Positions 1 to 7,869 of a stretch of DNA of 34,634 nucleotides are shown piece after piece (position 1 is the first letter of the stretch; each line of letters starts with the position of its first letter). The stretch is taken from the IMG/VR virus record IMGVR_UViG_3300033076_001468, positions 1 to 34,634 of that record; one strand, given 5' to 3'. The translations under genes were made by a program, and so were the position numbers. Source of the stretch: a virus. Taxonomy: Duplodnaviria > Caudoviricetes. The notes beneath the pieces were generated by a model that worked only from the letters and a program-made list of their open reading frames with translations, ran no database searches and was not told the DNA's origin.

Positions 1-317
1 AGGCCGAGCAGTGGTGGGACAAGGCCAAGCGACATCGTCAGCAAAAAGCAGCCGTCGCTTACATGCTGCGCCCTCATCGCCATCTTCTTCGCCTTCCTTG
101 TCGGATCGAGCTCATTCGCTTTGCTCCTCGTAAGCTCGACCGCTTCGACAATCTCCCGATGAGCTTAAAATATGTCCTGGACGGCATATGCGAAGTGATT
201 ACTGGCGATTACTGCCCTGGTCGTGCTGATTCCCACGAAGGCTTCGAAGTTAGTTACGATCAGTTTACATCAAAAGAATATTACGTGTTAATAAAAATCA
301 CAAATAAGGAAAAATAA
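1..317 (+). CDS. RusA-like Holliday junction resolvase, 3' part (continues from 34472-34634)
   Basis: The frame is open upstream of the ORF-track ATG at 63 (AEQWWDKAKRHRQQK); LPCRIELIRFAPRKLDRFDNLPMSLKYVLDGI...ADS matches the RusA D-x(1-2)-DN...K...D pattern. Confidence 0.75.
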   Translation, partial: AEQWWDKAKRHRQQKAAVAYMLRPHRHLLRLPCRIELIRFAPRKLDRFDNLPMSLKYVLDGICEVITGDYCPGRADSHEGFEVSYDQFTSKEYYVLIKITNKEK

Positions 318-319
318 AG

Positions 320-601
320 TTGGAAAAAGTTTATTTATTACCAGAGAAGGTTAAAAACGATCCTTTATTGCCATTTGGCGCAAAGATTTTTTATACTGTC
401 CTTACCGACATCATTGGAAAATCCCGCGTACTCGAAACACCCATCGAAGATTTGGCAAAAAAAGAAAGGGTCACTGGAAACACAGTAAGAAGCTGGATCA
501 AGCACCTTGCGGAATGTGGGTATCTCAATGTCGACACAATAAGCACTGGGCATGGGAGAGAGTATCGTTTAAAAATAACATTATTACCGATTGAGCATTG
601 A
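320..601 (+). CDS. Winged helix-turn-helix DNA-binding protein
   Basis: LPFGAKIFY...EDLAKKERVTGNTVRSWIKHLAECGYL resembles HTH_36-type phage wHTH proteins; TTG start after AAGGA. Confidence 0.7.
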   Translation: MEKVYLLPEKVKNDPLLPFGAKIFYTVLTDIIGKSRVLETPIEDLAKKERVTGNTVRSWIKHLAECGYLNVDTISTGHGREYRLKITLLPIEH

Positions 602-876
602 AAATGGATATAACAAACGCAATTAATTTATCTGTTTATCTTAAAAAAGACGAAATAGAAAGATTTAAAGATCTTTTATTAAAAATCTCTGAGTTTGTTT
701 CAATAGAATGCGGAAATGATTCTCCGCACTTGGTTAATGAAACGTTCCTTTTTTTCCTCGCGGCTTTTGCTTTTAGCAACGCCCAAGACAAACGGTTTAC
801 AAAATTAACTCATTTGTCGGCGAAGCACTATCTCGAATATTGTAGAGACATTTGCGAGGAAAACAGGCAAGTTTAG
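598..876 (+). CDS. Hypothetical protein, paralog of 873-1133
   Basis: Coupled to the upstream gene; aligns by eye with the convergent ORF (ETFLFFLA / EALLFFVA; HYLEYC / HFLDYC). Confidence 0.7.
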   Translation: MKMDITNAINLSVYLKKDEIERFKDLLLKISEFVSIECGNDSPHLVNETFLFFLAAFAFSNAQDKRFTKLTHLSAKHYLEYCRDICEENRQV

Positions 877-1133
877 TCTATCTCCGACAATTGCTTACAA
901 TAATCTAAAAAGTGCGCAGCAAGTTTATGAGAAGCTTTCATTACGTACTTTTTTTCTTTAACAGACTCATTTATTAAAGTGGCAACAAAAAACAATAACG
1001 CTTCTGCAAATTCTTGCGGATTTACTTCAGGAAAGTTGGCCGCCATTTCTGTCGCGTAAACAAAAACCTTTCCAAAATCCTTTCTCCCTTTTTCGGAAAC
1101 GTAAATATTTATTTTATCAATCTTCATCGCCAA
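873..1133 (-). CDS. Hypothetical protein, paralog of 598-876
   Basis: Last gene of the leftward operon; its stop codon overlaps that of 598-876. Confidence 0.7.
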   Translation of the reverse strand: MAMKIDKINIYVSEKGRKDFGKVFVYATEMAANFPEVNPQEFAEALLFFVATLINESVKEKKYVMKASHKLAAHFLDYCKQLSEID

Positions 1134-1842
1134 ATATCTCCTTTCTAAGTCTGTCGTGGGTAATTTTATTTACAATCTTTCGTAGTTTTGGGTTTCTTAG
1201 TCTTATAATACCAGCTTTGCATCTTGCGGTGGCGGTTGAAAGACATATTCCAATTGTTTGTGCTACCTGGGCATATGTCATCATTTTCCCGTCAAATAAT
1301 CCATAGCGATATGTTAAAGCAATGGCATAGATGGGATCGATTTTTTCCAGAGCTTCTTTTAAATACTTATGTGGATCTTCTTTTTCGATTTTTCCATAAA
1401 TATCTTTGAGCATCTTTTCTTTCACTCGACTGCGTTTTGTCATTTCATAACCGTCCAAAGTTACGGCTACGTCAAGCTGTTGTGGAACGCCCTTTTTTTT
1501 CAATTCCTCGACAGTTTTTCTCAGTTCAGCCAGCTCTTTTGCCATGAATCTAACTGTCCCGATCAAAGAATCGTCGTGAGCTAATTTTCGCAAGTCTTCT
1601 GAAGCTCTATAGAGGCTTTTGCAGTTTAAGAAAATTTCCTGAACTGCTTTTTTTAGCGCTTCAATGATGTTCAAGTCTTCGTTATTAATAATCAGTTTAA
1701 CGCCATTCTTAAAATGCGCATCGATCGCCCCTTGGGCTAAAGATATGCCCCGAAGAAGTTTTTCGATGTATTCTAATCGGCTTTCCGTTTCTTGATTTTC
1801 AAGCGCCTCCAATCGTGGTAACACATTATAAGGGTCGGTCAT
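1117..1842 (-). CDS. Sigma-70 region-4 domain protein with N-terminal coiled coil
   Basis: C-terminus LEKIDPIYAIALTYRYGLFDGKMMTYAQVAQTIGI...IIRLRNP mirrors the sigma70 r4 pattern (LRFGL.DG...TLEEVG...LRKLRHP); no region 2 visible. Confidence 0.75.
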   Translation of the reverse strand: MTDPYNVLPRLEALENQETESRLEYIEKLLRGISLAQGAIDAHFKNGVKLIINNEDLNIIEALKKAVQEIFLNCKSLYRASEDLRKLAHDDSLIGTVRFMAKELAELRKTVEELKKKGVPQQLDVAVTLDGYEMTKRSRVKEKMLKDIYGKIEKEDPHKYLKEALEKIDPIYAIALTYRYGLFDGKMMTYAQVAQTIGICLSTATARCKAGIIRLRNPKLRKIVNKITHDRLRKEIFGDED

Positions 1843-1972
1843 CTTTTTCCTTTTGTTTTAAATCTTCCAAAGCCTTTTCCGCTTCTTCTTCTGAGTCAAA
1901 GAAGTCTTTCCATGTAAGCTCATATACGTGGATTTTATCGGTTTGCTCATCGATGTGAATCTTGGTGATCAT
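1826..1972 (-). CDS. Small acidic hypothetical protein (48 aa, MITKIHIDEQ...)
   Basis: ATGA overlap with the phosphoesterase stop; the longer 1826-2146 call is probably an over-extension. Confidence 0.55.
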   Translation of the reverse strand: MITKIHIDEQTDKIHVYELTWKDFFDSEEEAEKALEDLKQKEKDDRPL

Positions 1973-2595
1973 AGTACAACTCGTGTAGGGGGATAAATAG
2001 GCTGATACCTTTCGTTCATGATGCTGCAATTGACAAACAGCGTTTCTCCGATTTCTTCTTGTCCATGGGCTTCGTGAATGTGCCCAAAAACATGCAATCC
2101 TGGCGGATCTTCCTTCACTATTCGAGAAAGCTCTCTTGATCCACACCGATCCCCATAAACATTTAGATCCAAGACGCTATATGGCGGGCCATGCGTTACA
2201 AGGATGTCTATGCCTTTTGGTTTTTGGATAAACTTCTTTCTCATCACGGCTTCGCTTCCCGTAAACGCTGCGCAGTGGGGGTTAAGCTCTTTGAAAGAAA
2301 GTGTCCAAGGTGAGCCCCAGATTAAGAGATCGCGAAAGATTGTTACAGAATCGCACAGATATTCGACGCTTGGGTCGTCGACGTAGCGAATGATTTTCGA
2401 GCCGATCAAATAGTTGTCGTGATTACCAGATATCCAGATCTTTTTTTCATATTTCTGCCTAGAAATCCAGCTAATGAATGTTAGATACTCATCGGCCAAT
2501 CCGTGAGCAGCGATATCGCCAGCTACGATCAGAAGATCTCCTTCGTCCAGCTTAGGATAGTGTCCGTGCAGGTCGGCAATGCAATCGATTATCAC
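1969..2595 (-). CDS. Calcineurin-like metallophosphoesterase
   Basis: All motifs present: DLHG, AGDI, GNHD, THGPP, FGHIHE. Confidence 0.93.
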   Translation of the reverse strand: MIIDCIADLHGHYPKLDEGDLLIVAGDIAAHGLADEYLTFISWISRQKYEKKIWISGNHDNYLIGSKIIRYVDDPSVEYLCDSVTIFRDLLIWGSPWTLSFKELNPHCAAFTGSEAVMRKKFIQKPKGIDILVTHGPPYSVLDLNVYGDRCGSRELSRIVKEDPPGLHVFGHIHEAHGQEEIGETLFVNCSIMNERYQPIYPPTRVVL

Positions 2596-2752
2596 GTGCG
2601 AAATATTCCTTTAAGATTTTTACTTTCTCTGCATGGGTGAGTGTTTTATCTCCATAGATAATGATCTTGCTTCCAAGTCTTTTCACTTGTTCATCTAAAT
2701 TACACTGGCAATCCAAGCAATGTTCCCAGCATTTTTCACACTCACCCGACAT
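2552..2752 (-). CDS. Small Cys-rich hypothetical protein
   Basis: N-terminal CEKCWEHCLDCQC; fits the operon packing. Confidence 0.6.
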   Translation of the reverse strand: MSGECEKCWEHCLDCQCNLDEQVKRLGSKIIIYGDKTLTHAEKVKILKEYFARDNRLHCRPARTLS

Positions 2753-2758
2753 ATTTTT

Positions 2759-3043
2759 CTACTGCCAAGCCTTACAGCCACCGCAGCTTGCTTGCCAATT
2801 GTAGTTTGTGGTTCCACATTTTCGGCAAGTCCAGGTATCGCCAGCTCCATCCCAGTGGGTTTTTTCATGATGCGATGCGTTTTCATTTGTCGCAAAGCAG
2901 ATGCCAAATACACAAAAAAACCCCACAATCATCATGATTAGCACTCGAGGGTCAGAATCGCTAATGTTTTTTCTTTTGCTAGAATAAAACTTCTCCTCTT
3001 CCAGCTCGCAATATGTTTTTCTTAATGGTTCTTTTTCTTTCAT
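2759..3043 (-). CDS. Membrane/exported protein with RanBP2-type zinc finger
   Basis: Hydrophobic VLIMMIVGFFCVFGICFA followed by WTCRKCGTTNYNWQASCGGC (W-x-C-x2-C-x3-N-x6-C-x2-C); GGAGG RBS. Confidence 0.7.
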   Translation of the reverse strand: MKEKEPLRKTYCELEEEKFYSSKRKNISDSDPRVLIMMIVGFFCVFGICFATNENASHHEKTHWDGAGDTWTCRKCGTTNYNWQASCGGCKAWQ

Positions 3044-3174
3044 TTTTCCTCCTTTAAAGCATTAATGATTTCATTTAACATTTGTTCTTTATCTTCGGGA
3101 AGCATCCCTATGGATAACTCATGATCCCATTTCTCGAATGTTTCAATTATTTTTTTAATTTGGGTTTTTTCCAT
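3040..3174 (-). CDS. Small hypothetical protein (44 aa, MEKTQIKKIIETFEKW...)
   Basis: Translated by hand; GAGGA upstream; its stop overlaps the ATG of 2759-3043. Confidence 0.55.
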   Translation of the reverse strand: MEKTQIKKIIETFEKWDHELSIGMLPEDKEQMLNEIINALKEEK

Positions 3175-3862
3175 TTAAATCCTCATATAAATGTCTTTTT
3201 AAAGGCCTTTCTAAAGTCAAATGATCCGGATTAAAGCACAATAAATTGCCGCAAGTCGTGAAAACAGGATTAGGCTCGTATGATTCTCCATGTAATAATA
3301 AATACATGCACTTTCTGACGCTCATCCCTTTATTCTTCCAAGAAGTTTTAGGTGTTTTTCCTTTACAGCGATATCCTGTCCATTCCCAACACTCACCATT
3401 CTTTTTCCTAAATTTCAATAGATCTTGATATTTTCTTAAGGACGCTTCTTCAAAAGAAACTTTTTGTCCCCTTCCTTTGTTTTCTTTAGCAATGCATCCA
3501 CAGCTGTGAGGTCTATTTGGACTACAGTATTCAATAAGTTTTCTTCTCGATATTACAGTGAATGCCCCACAATCGCATTTGCATCTCCAAAATGTTCTAT
3601 GATTATATTTGTGGACGTAATCTACAACTTTTAATAATCCTAATTTTTTTCCTATTATGCTAAAATCAATTTCTTGATAGCCCCTACAAGTGTTTTGATG
3701 CGCTTCTTTCGCATCATATGGGCCTTTACATTTTTTAAACTCTCTGTACAAAGTGGTTGTAGCGATTCCAACCATCTCACATATTCTTTTATGAGGTAAA
3801 TTGGAATGCAATAATCCCTCTATCTGTCTTCTATCTTCTAATGTAAGTCTTTTTGAGCTCAT
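3155..3862 (-). CDS. HTH + Cys-cluster + degenerate HNH/His-Cys-box-like protein
   Basis: N-terminal RLTLEDRRQIE...TTTLYREF (HTH_38-like), FWRCKCDCG...SCGC, ECWEWTG...CGNLLCFNPDHL typical of phage homing endonucleases. Confidence 0.75.
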   Translation of the reverse strand: MSSKRLTLEDRRQIEGLLHSNLPHKRICEMVGIATTTLYREFKKCKGPYDAKEAHQNTCRGYQEIDFSIIGKKLGLLKVVDYVHKYNHRTFWRCKCDCGAFTVISRRKLIEYCSPNRPHSCGCIAKENKGRGQKVSFEEASLRKYQDLLKFRKKNGECWEWTGYRCKGKTPKTSWKNKGMSVRKCMYLLLHGESYEPNPVFTTCGNLLCFNPDHLTLERPLKRHLYEDLNGKNPN

Positions 3863-3875
3863 CTGTCCTTTAAAT

Positions 3876-4030
3876 AAAAGTGCCCGATATGGAGCGACCA
3901 GGCAACGGGCGGCCTAGTGAATCTCTGTGTGAATACGGTCTTTTTTAAGGAAGATATTCACATCCTAACGGGTAGTTTCACCAAAATACTCGGGCCGATA
4001 TCGTGAGGCCATACACGGGGCGCGCTTTCC
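3876..4030 (-). ncRNA. Candidate structured leader RNA / attenuator
   Basis: GC-rich intergenic stretch with nested inverted repeats (3882-3887/3990-3995, 3915-3921/3977-3983, 3928-3935/3955-3962) and an alternative hairpin 3882-3886/3906-3910 followed by a U-rich tract on the minus strand. Confidence 0.4.
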
Positions 4031-4036
4031 CAAAAA

Positions 4037-4165
4037 CTAAGTCCTTTGCGAGGTGTAAGATGTTACAAAATCCAGTACCTCTTGCAGGGTAATCTTCTTC
4101 GCGATTTCTGGATATTTCTCGTTAAGAAACTTGACGATCACATCCACTAAAGAAAGTTCGTTCAT
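4037..4165 (-). CDS. Small hypothetical protein (42 aa, MNELSLVDVIVKFL...)
   Basis: ATGA overlap with the 4162-4815 stop; translated by hand. Confidence 0.5.
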   Translation of the reverse strand: MNELSLVDVIVKFLNEKYPEIAKKITLQEVLDFVTSYTSQRT

Positions 4166-4815
4166 GAATTTCCCTGAATTTTCAGAAGCATTTGCATGTA
4201 ATAATCAAATATCTCCGCATGGTTTTTTGCATCTTGAAGATAATAATTGTATTTATTCCACATGTTGTATGTTTGGAATCCTTTTTCTACTGAGAATTTA
4301 ATTGTTTCCCACACGGCAGGAAGTAGATAATTTCGCATTCCTCCACCAGGCACGCTTGATACAGAAGCCATTGCAGCCTTGAAAAGGGCTTCCATCGTTC
4401 CATCATAGAGGTTAGCCAAAATAAGCGTGTTTTCCGCTTCTTGCATGCTTACGTCATATGCAGCCCTTTCGTTAATCATATTTTGCAGTAGAATTTCTGC
4501 TTGGCTAGCTTTGAGTATTTTTACGTCTTCCGCGCTTCCATATTTTTCAAAAATGGCTAAATGCTCGAACATGACCTGTTCGTACATTTTCTGCTCAAAC
4601 AATTTTTTAGAATGTATATTCGATTGTTTAATCAAATCAAACTCTTTGTCATACACTAGAAATTTGTTAGCAGGAAAACAAAACCCTTTGTTTGTCTGTA
4701 TTACTCCACCTTTAAGAAAAGTTACAGGATCTGCGTGGAAAAAATCCTCAGCATGTCCATATGAAGCACAGCAAGTATTTAGGCAGAGTAGCGATAAAAT
4801 AATTCCTTTTTTCAT
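4162..4815 (-). CDS. Exported helical protein with signal peptide
   Basis: MKKGIILSLLCLNTCCASYGHA-E signal peptide; helical C-terminal part. Confidence 0.75.
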   Translation of the reverse strand: MKKGIILSLLCLNTCCASYGHAEDFFHADPVTFLKGGVIQTNKGFCFPANKFLVYDKEFDLIKQSNIHSKKLFEQKMYEQVMFEHLAIFEKYGSAEDVKILKASQAEILLQNMINERAAYDVSMQEAENTLILANLYDGTMEALFKAAMASVSSVPGGGMRNYLLPAVWETIKFSVEKGFQTYNMWNKYNYYLQDAKNHAEIFDYYMQMLLKIQGNS

Positions 4816-4816
4816 A

Positions 4817-5086
4817 TTAATTTCCTTCTCCCTCGTATTCGGCAGCCCACTTACCGCCTTCTAAATAAGCTTCTCCCTCAATGTGATTAAGTTCCTCTGG
4901 CATAGGTTGATCATCACTTCCATTCACCCATGCATCGTGGTCTTCTTGCCAGCTTTTTCCGCCGTATTCATAGCCGTCTCTTGCTACTTTGCATGTAGCC
5001 ATGTAGGCATCTCCAACTTGTGCATGTCCATAAAAAGCGCAGAATGCATTCAAACAAAATAGCGATAAAATAATAGTCCTTTTCAT
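4817..5086 (-). CDS. Small exported acidic protein with signal peptide
   Basis: MKRTIILSLFCLNAFCAFYGHA-Q; AGGAGG RBS. Confidence 0.75.
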   Translation of the reverse strand: MKRTIILSLFCLNAFCAFYGHAQVGDAYMATCKVARDGYEYGGKSWQEDHDAWVNGSDDQPMPEELNHIEGEAYLEGGKWAAEYEGEGN

Positions 5087-5164
5087 TTAGCCTCCTTTTT
5101 TCACAAGATTCTTGGGTCCTTGTGATGACTCCATTATTTATGTTTGTACATCGGATGTTTAGGA

Positions 5165-5698
5165 TCAACTGGCGATGGCGTATCCAAAAGATTGAGCATC
5201 CATCTCAACAGTCTTTTCATCTGTTTCTCCTATATAGTTTTGAATTCCTAGTTCTAAAAGAACTTCTCCCCATTCTCTAAAAAGAGGCTGTGAGCATAGA
5301 TTAAATATTACTGAACCCATCACCGAACAGAGTCCAAATGTCCTATTCACGGGAAGAAAAAGTTTATATTTTATCCCAGAGTTGAATAGGATTTCTTCGA
5401 TTTCAATCCAAAAAATGAGAACATCCATTTCATCGTCATTGGTTTCGCACCCCATCTTCGCAAGTTCATATCGTGCATTGCTAGCGCATTCCTCCATGTC
5501 AAATCGTGCATTCAAAAACTTTTCGAGTTCACTCTTCATCATGACGAATCTTTTTACCACTCGCTGGTTATAAGATCCCTCTGTCTCCATAAAATTTTTG
5601 AGGCTTTTCTCTAAATTTTTTAACTCTTTATCCTCTTCGGCGCTGCAAAACATTGGTACTATGAGGGCGCATAGAATAAAAATAATTTTTTTCTTCAT
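5165..5698 (-). CDS. Exported hypothetical protein with signal peptide
   Basis: MKKKIIFILCALIVPMFCSA-EE; AAGGA RBS. Confidence 0.75.
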   Translation of the reverse strand: MKKKIIFILCALIVPMFCSAEEDKELKNLEKSLKNFMETEGSYNQRVVKRFVMMKSELEKFLNARFDMEECASNARYELAKMGCETNDDEMDVLIFWIEIEEILFNSGIKYKLFLPVNRTFGLCSVMGSVIFNLCSQPLFREWGEVLLELGIQNYIGETDEKTVEMDAQSFGYAIAS

Positions 5699-5774
5699 AA
5701 GAAATTTTCCTTTGGTGAAATGTTGCGTTCATGATAAGAGTTGACCTGAAGAAAAGATTTTTCATTTGACCTCC

Positions 5775-5813
5775 AGCGGTCGGACTCTCACCATGCTTCG
5801 ACCGCTTTTTTTT
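5775..5813 (+). terminator. Intrinsic terminator (plus strand) upstream of the late module
   Basis: AGCGGTCG-N16-CGACCGCT followed by a T7 run. Confidence 0.7.
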
Positions 5814-5910
5814 AGCCTATCATGTTCAATTGAATAACTCCTAGCATTAAAATAATTTATTGTTGTATAAAAATTTGTATACTACAAATTGGTAAAAGCG
5901 AGGAAGTTTT

Positions 5911-6360
5911 ATGACAGATAGATCCGTAGCAGGGGTAAAAGCAAAAAGACCGCGTGGTCGTCCTAAAGAGTATGATTACACTGTTGTAATGAAGGAATTA
6001 GATGAATGGTCAAAGCTTGATGATTCGATAAACATTGTTGGCTTTTGCGCTTCTCACGGATATCTTGCCGATGTTATTAGGCGAATGATTCGCGACTATG
6101 AGGACTTTGAAAACACTTATCTTCTTGCTAAAATGCGTCTTGCAGATCGTCGTGAAAAGCTTCTTAACTCAGAAAAACTCAATTACGGTTCATGGAATCG
6201 TTATCAGAAAATGTTTGATCCTTTCTTGGATAAATTTGAAGAAAAGGAAAAAGACAGAGACATGAAGCGCAAAATGGCTTCTCTAAAGCAAGACGATATT
6301 GTAAACCTAGCTACCATGGCAAAGCTTTTTGCAGATGGTAAAATTTGTCAATCTGAGTAA
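5911..6360 (+). CDS. terS: Terminase small subunit
   Basis: N-terminal RGRPKEYD motif; lies directly before the large subunit with TAATG overlap. Confidence 0.8.
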   Translation: MTDRSVAGVKAKRPRGRPKEYDYTVVMKELDEWSKLDDSINIVGFCASHGYLADVIRRMIRDYEDFENTYLLAKMRLADRREKLLNSEKLNYGSWNRYQKMFDPFLDKFEEKEKDRDMKRKMASLKQDDIVNLATMAKLFADGKICQSE

Positions 6361-7859
6361 TGTCGATCAACGATCAAAGCTGGCGTCTCAACAATCTTTA
6401 TCGCATCATTGACAAGAATTCCAACTCGATTCCGTTTAGGATGAATCGTGTTCAGGAAGATGTTCTCGATAATCTTCACAATCGAAACTTAATCCTTAAG
6501 GCTAGACAGCTTGGAATGTCTACTTTTGCGATTTTATACCTGCTCGACAGTGTATTATTTAATTTTAATTTGTCGGCTGGTATCGTGTCGTATTCCCTGG
6601 AACATGCACAATATATTTTCGGCAGGATCATTGGCCACGCTCTTGATACGTTACCGCCTACACTTAAAGGGCGTCTTGGAATTGTGCGAAGATCGGCCCG
6701 TGAGATATGTTTTGACAATGGTTCTTCACTCCGTGTTGATACTACCTTGCGTGGTGGCAGTTACCCTCTTGTGCTCGTATCTGAATTTGGTAAAACATGC
6801 GCTAGAAATCCCCAAAAGGCTGAAGAGGTCATTACAGGAACTCTACAGGCTGTACCAATAGATGGAACGATTATTATTGAGAGCACAGGGGAAGGGAATG
6901 ACGGCTTCTTTGCTCAGATGGTTACCGAAGCTTCTCGCCGTGGTAACGATGATTTGTCATCATTGGACTATCGTTTATTTTTTTACCCATGGATGGATGA
7001 GCCTTCTTATTGTGTGTTTGAAACAAATATTCGCTACGATGTTTCCTTGACGGATTATTTTGATAAGATAGAAAGGGAAACGGGAAGAACGATATCTCAG
7101 GCGCAGCGTAATTGGTATTCTGTCCAGCAAGTGACGCTTGGTGATAAAATCAAACAAGAGTTTCCGAGCACTGTTTCAGAGGCATTTTTGGCCTCTAGCG
7201 ATGCTTTCTATTTTGCAGATGCAATTTCTAAAGCCTATGATTCCAACCGATGTATTTATACAGACATTTATGATGCATTGCTTCCCGTTTATGTTGCCAT
7301 GGATATTGGGGTTAACGATTTAACTGTGATGGCATTTTTTCAGATCAATCATGGGGAGATTCGCATTATTGACTATTATGAGGACAAAAATAAGGGTGTA
7401 GATTTTTATGCACAATTTCTTCTCAATGACAAGAAATATGTCTATCACACCATCTTTTTACCTCATGATTCTGCAAAACGTAATCCACTTGATGTACTTA
7501 ATTCTTATGATCGCGATTTTCGCCGTCTTTTTAGTCATACCAACACTCGCTTTCATGTGCTTAAAAGGATGGATCGTCAGCTTTCTATTTCGCACTCAAA
7601 AATAATGCTTAATCGCTGCATTTTTAATGTCTCAAAAGTTAAAAACTTCCTCGATCCGGTCGCTAAATACCGAAAAGTTTGGCATGAGCCTACAGGAAGA
7701 TATTTAGAAGATCCTTATCATAATGAAGCTTCAAATTATGCTGACTGTTTTCGCTATGTTTGCCAAGCTGTGGGGCATTTAGAGTCCGCCTCTTCTCTCG
7801 ATTCTCGCCTAGAAAAGCACAAAGTCATCACTGATGCGCGCACACGGCGCGTAATTTAA
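6360..7859 (+). CDS. terL: Terminase large subunit
   Basis: Walker A ILKARQLGMST, Walker B LVLVSEFG, coupling motif IESTGEG, nuclease AMDIGVND...LPHD...NYADCFRY. Confidence 0.95.
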   Translation: MSINDQSWRLNNLYRIIDKNSNSIPFRMNRVQEDVLDNLHNRNLILKARQLGMSTFAILYLLDSVLFNFNLSAGIVSYSLEHAQYIFGRIIGHALDTLPPTLKGRLGIVRRSAREICFDNGSSLRVDTTLRGGSYPLVLVSEFGKTCARNPQKAEEVITGTLQAVPIDGTIIIESTGEGNDGFFAQMVTEASRRGNDDLSSLDYRLFFYPWMDEPSYCVFETNIRYDVSLTDYFDKIERETGRTISQAQRNWYSVQQVTLGDKIKQEFPSTVSEAFLASSDAFYFADAISKAYDSNRCIYTDIYDALLPVYVAMDIGVNDLTVMAFFQINHGEIRIIDYYEDKNKGVDFYAQFLLNDKKYVYHTIFLPHDSAKRNPLDVLNSYDRDFRRLFSHTNTRFHVLKRMDRQLSISHSKIMLNRCIFNVSKVKNFLDPVAKYRKVWHEPTGRYLEDPYHNEASNYADCFRYVCQAVGHLESASSLDSRLEKHKVITDARTRRVI

Positions 7860-7869
7860 ACAAATTTCT

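Noticed and set aside
1292-1320. dif-like XerD arm (ATATGTTAAAG) suggesting XerCD-mediated integration
   Set aside because: Inside a coding sequence, with no matching XerC arm at 6-bp spacing.
3155-3862. IS30 transposase
   Set aside because: Only the N-terminal HTH resembles IS30; no DDE domain, terminal inverted repeats or target duplication were seen.
4427-4864. 145-aa plus-strand ORF, and similar shadows at 19845-20321, 21037-21468, 33569-33994 and 14615-15016
   Set aside because: They lie fully opposite well-supported genes, with no convincing RBS or protein-like motifs.
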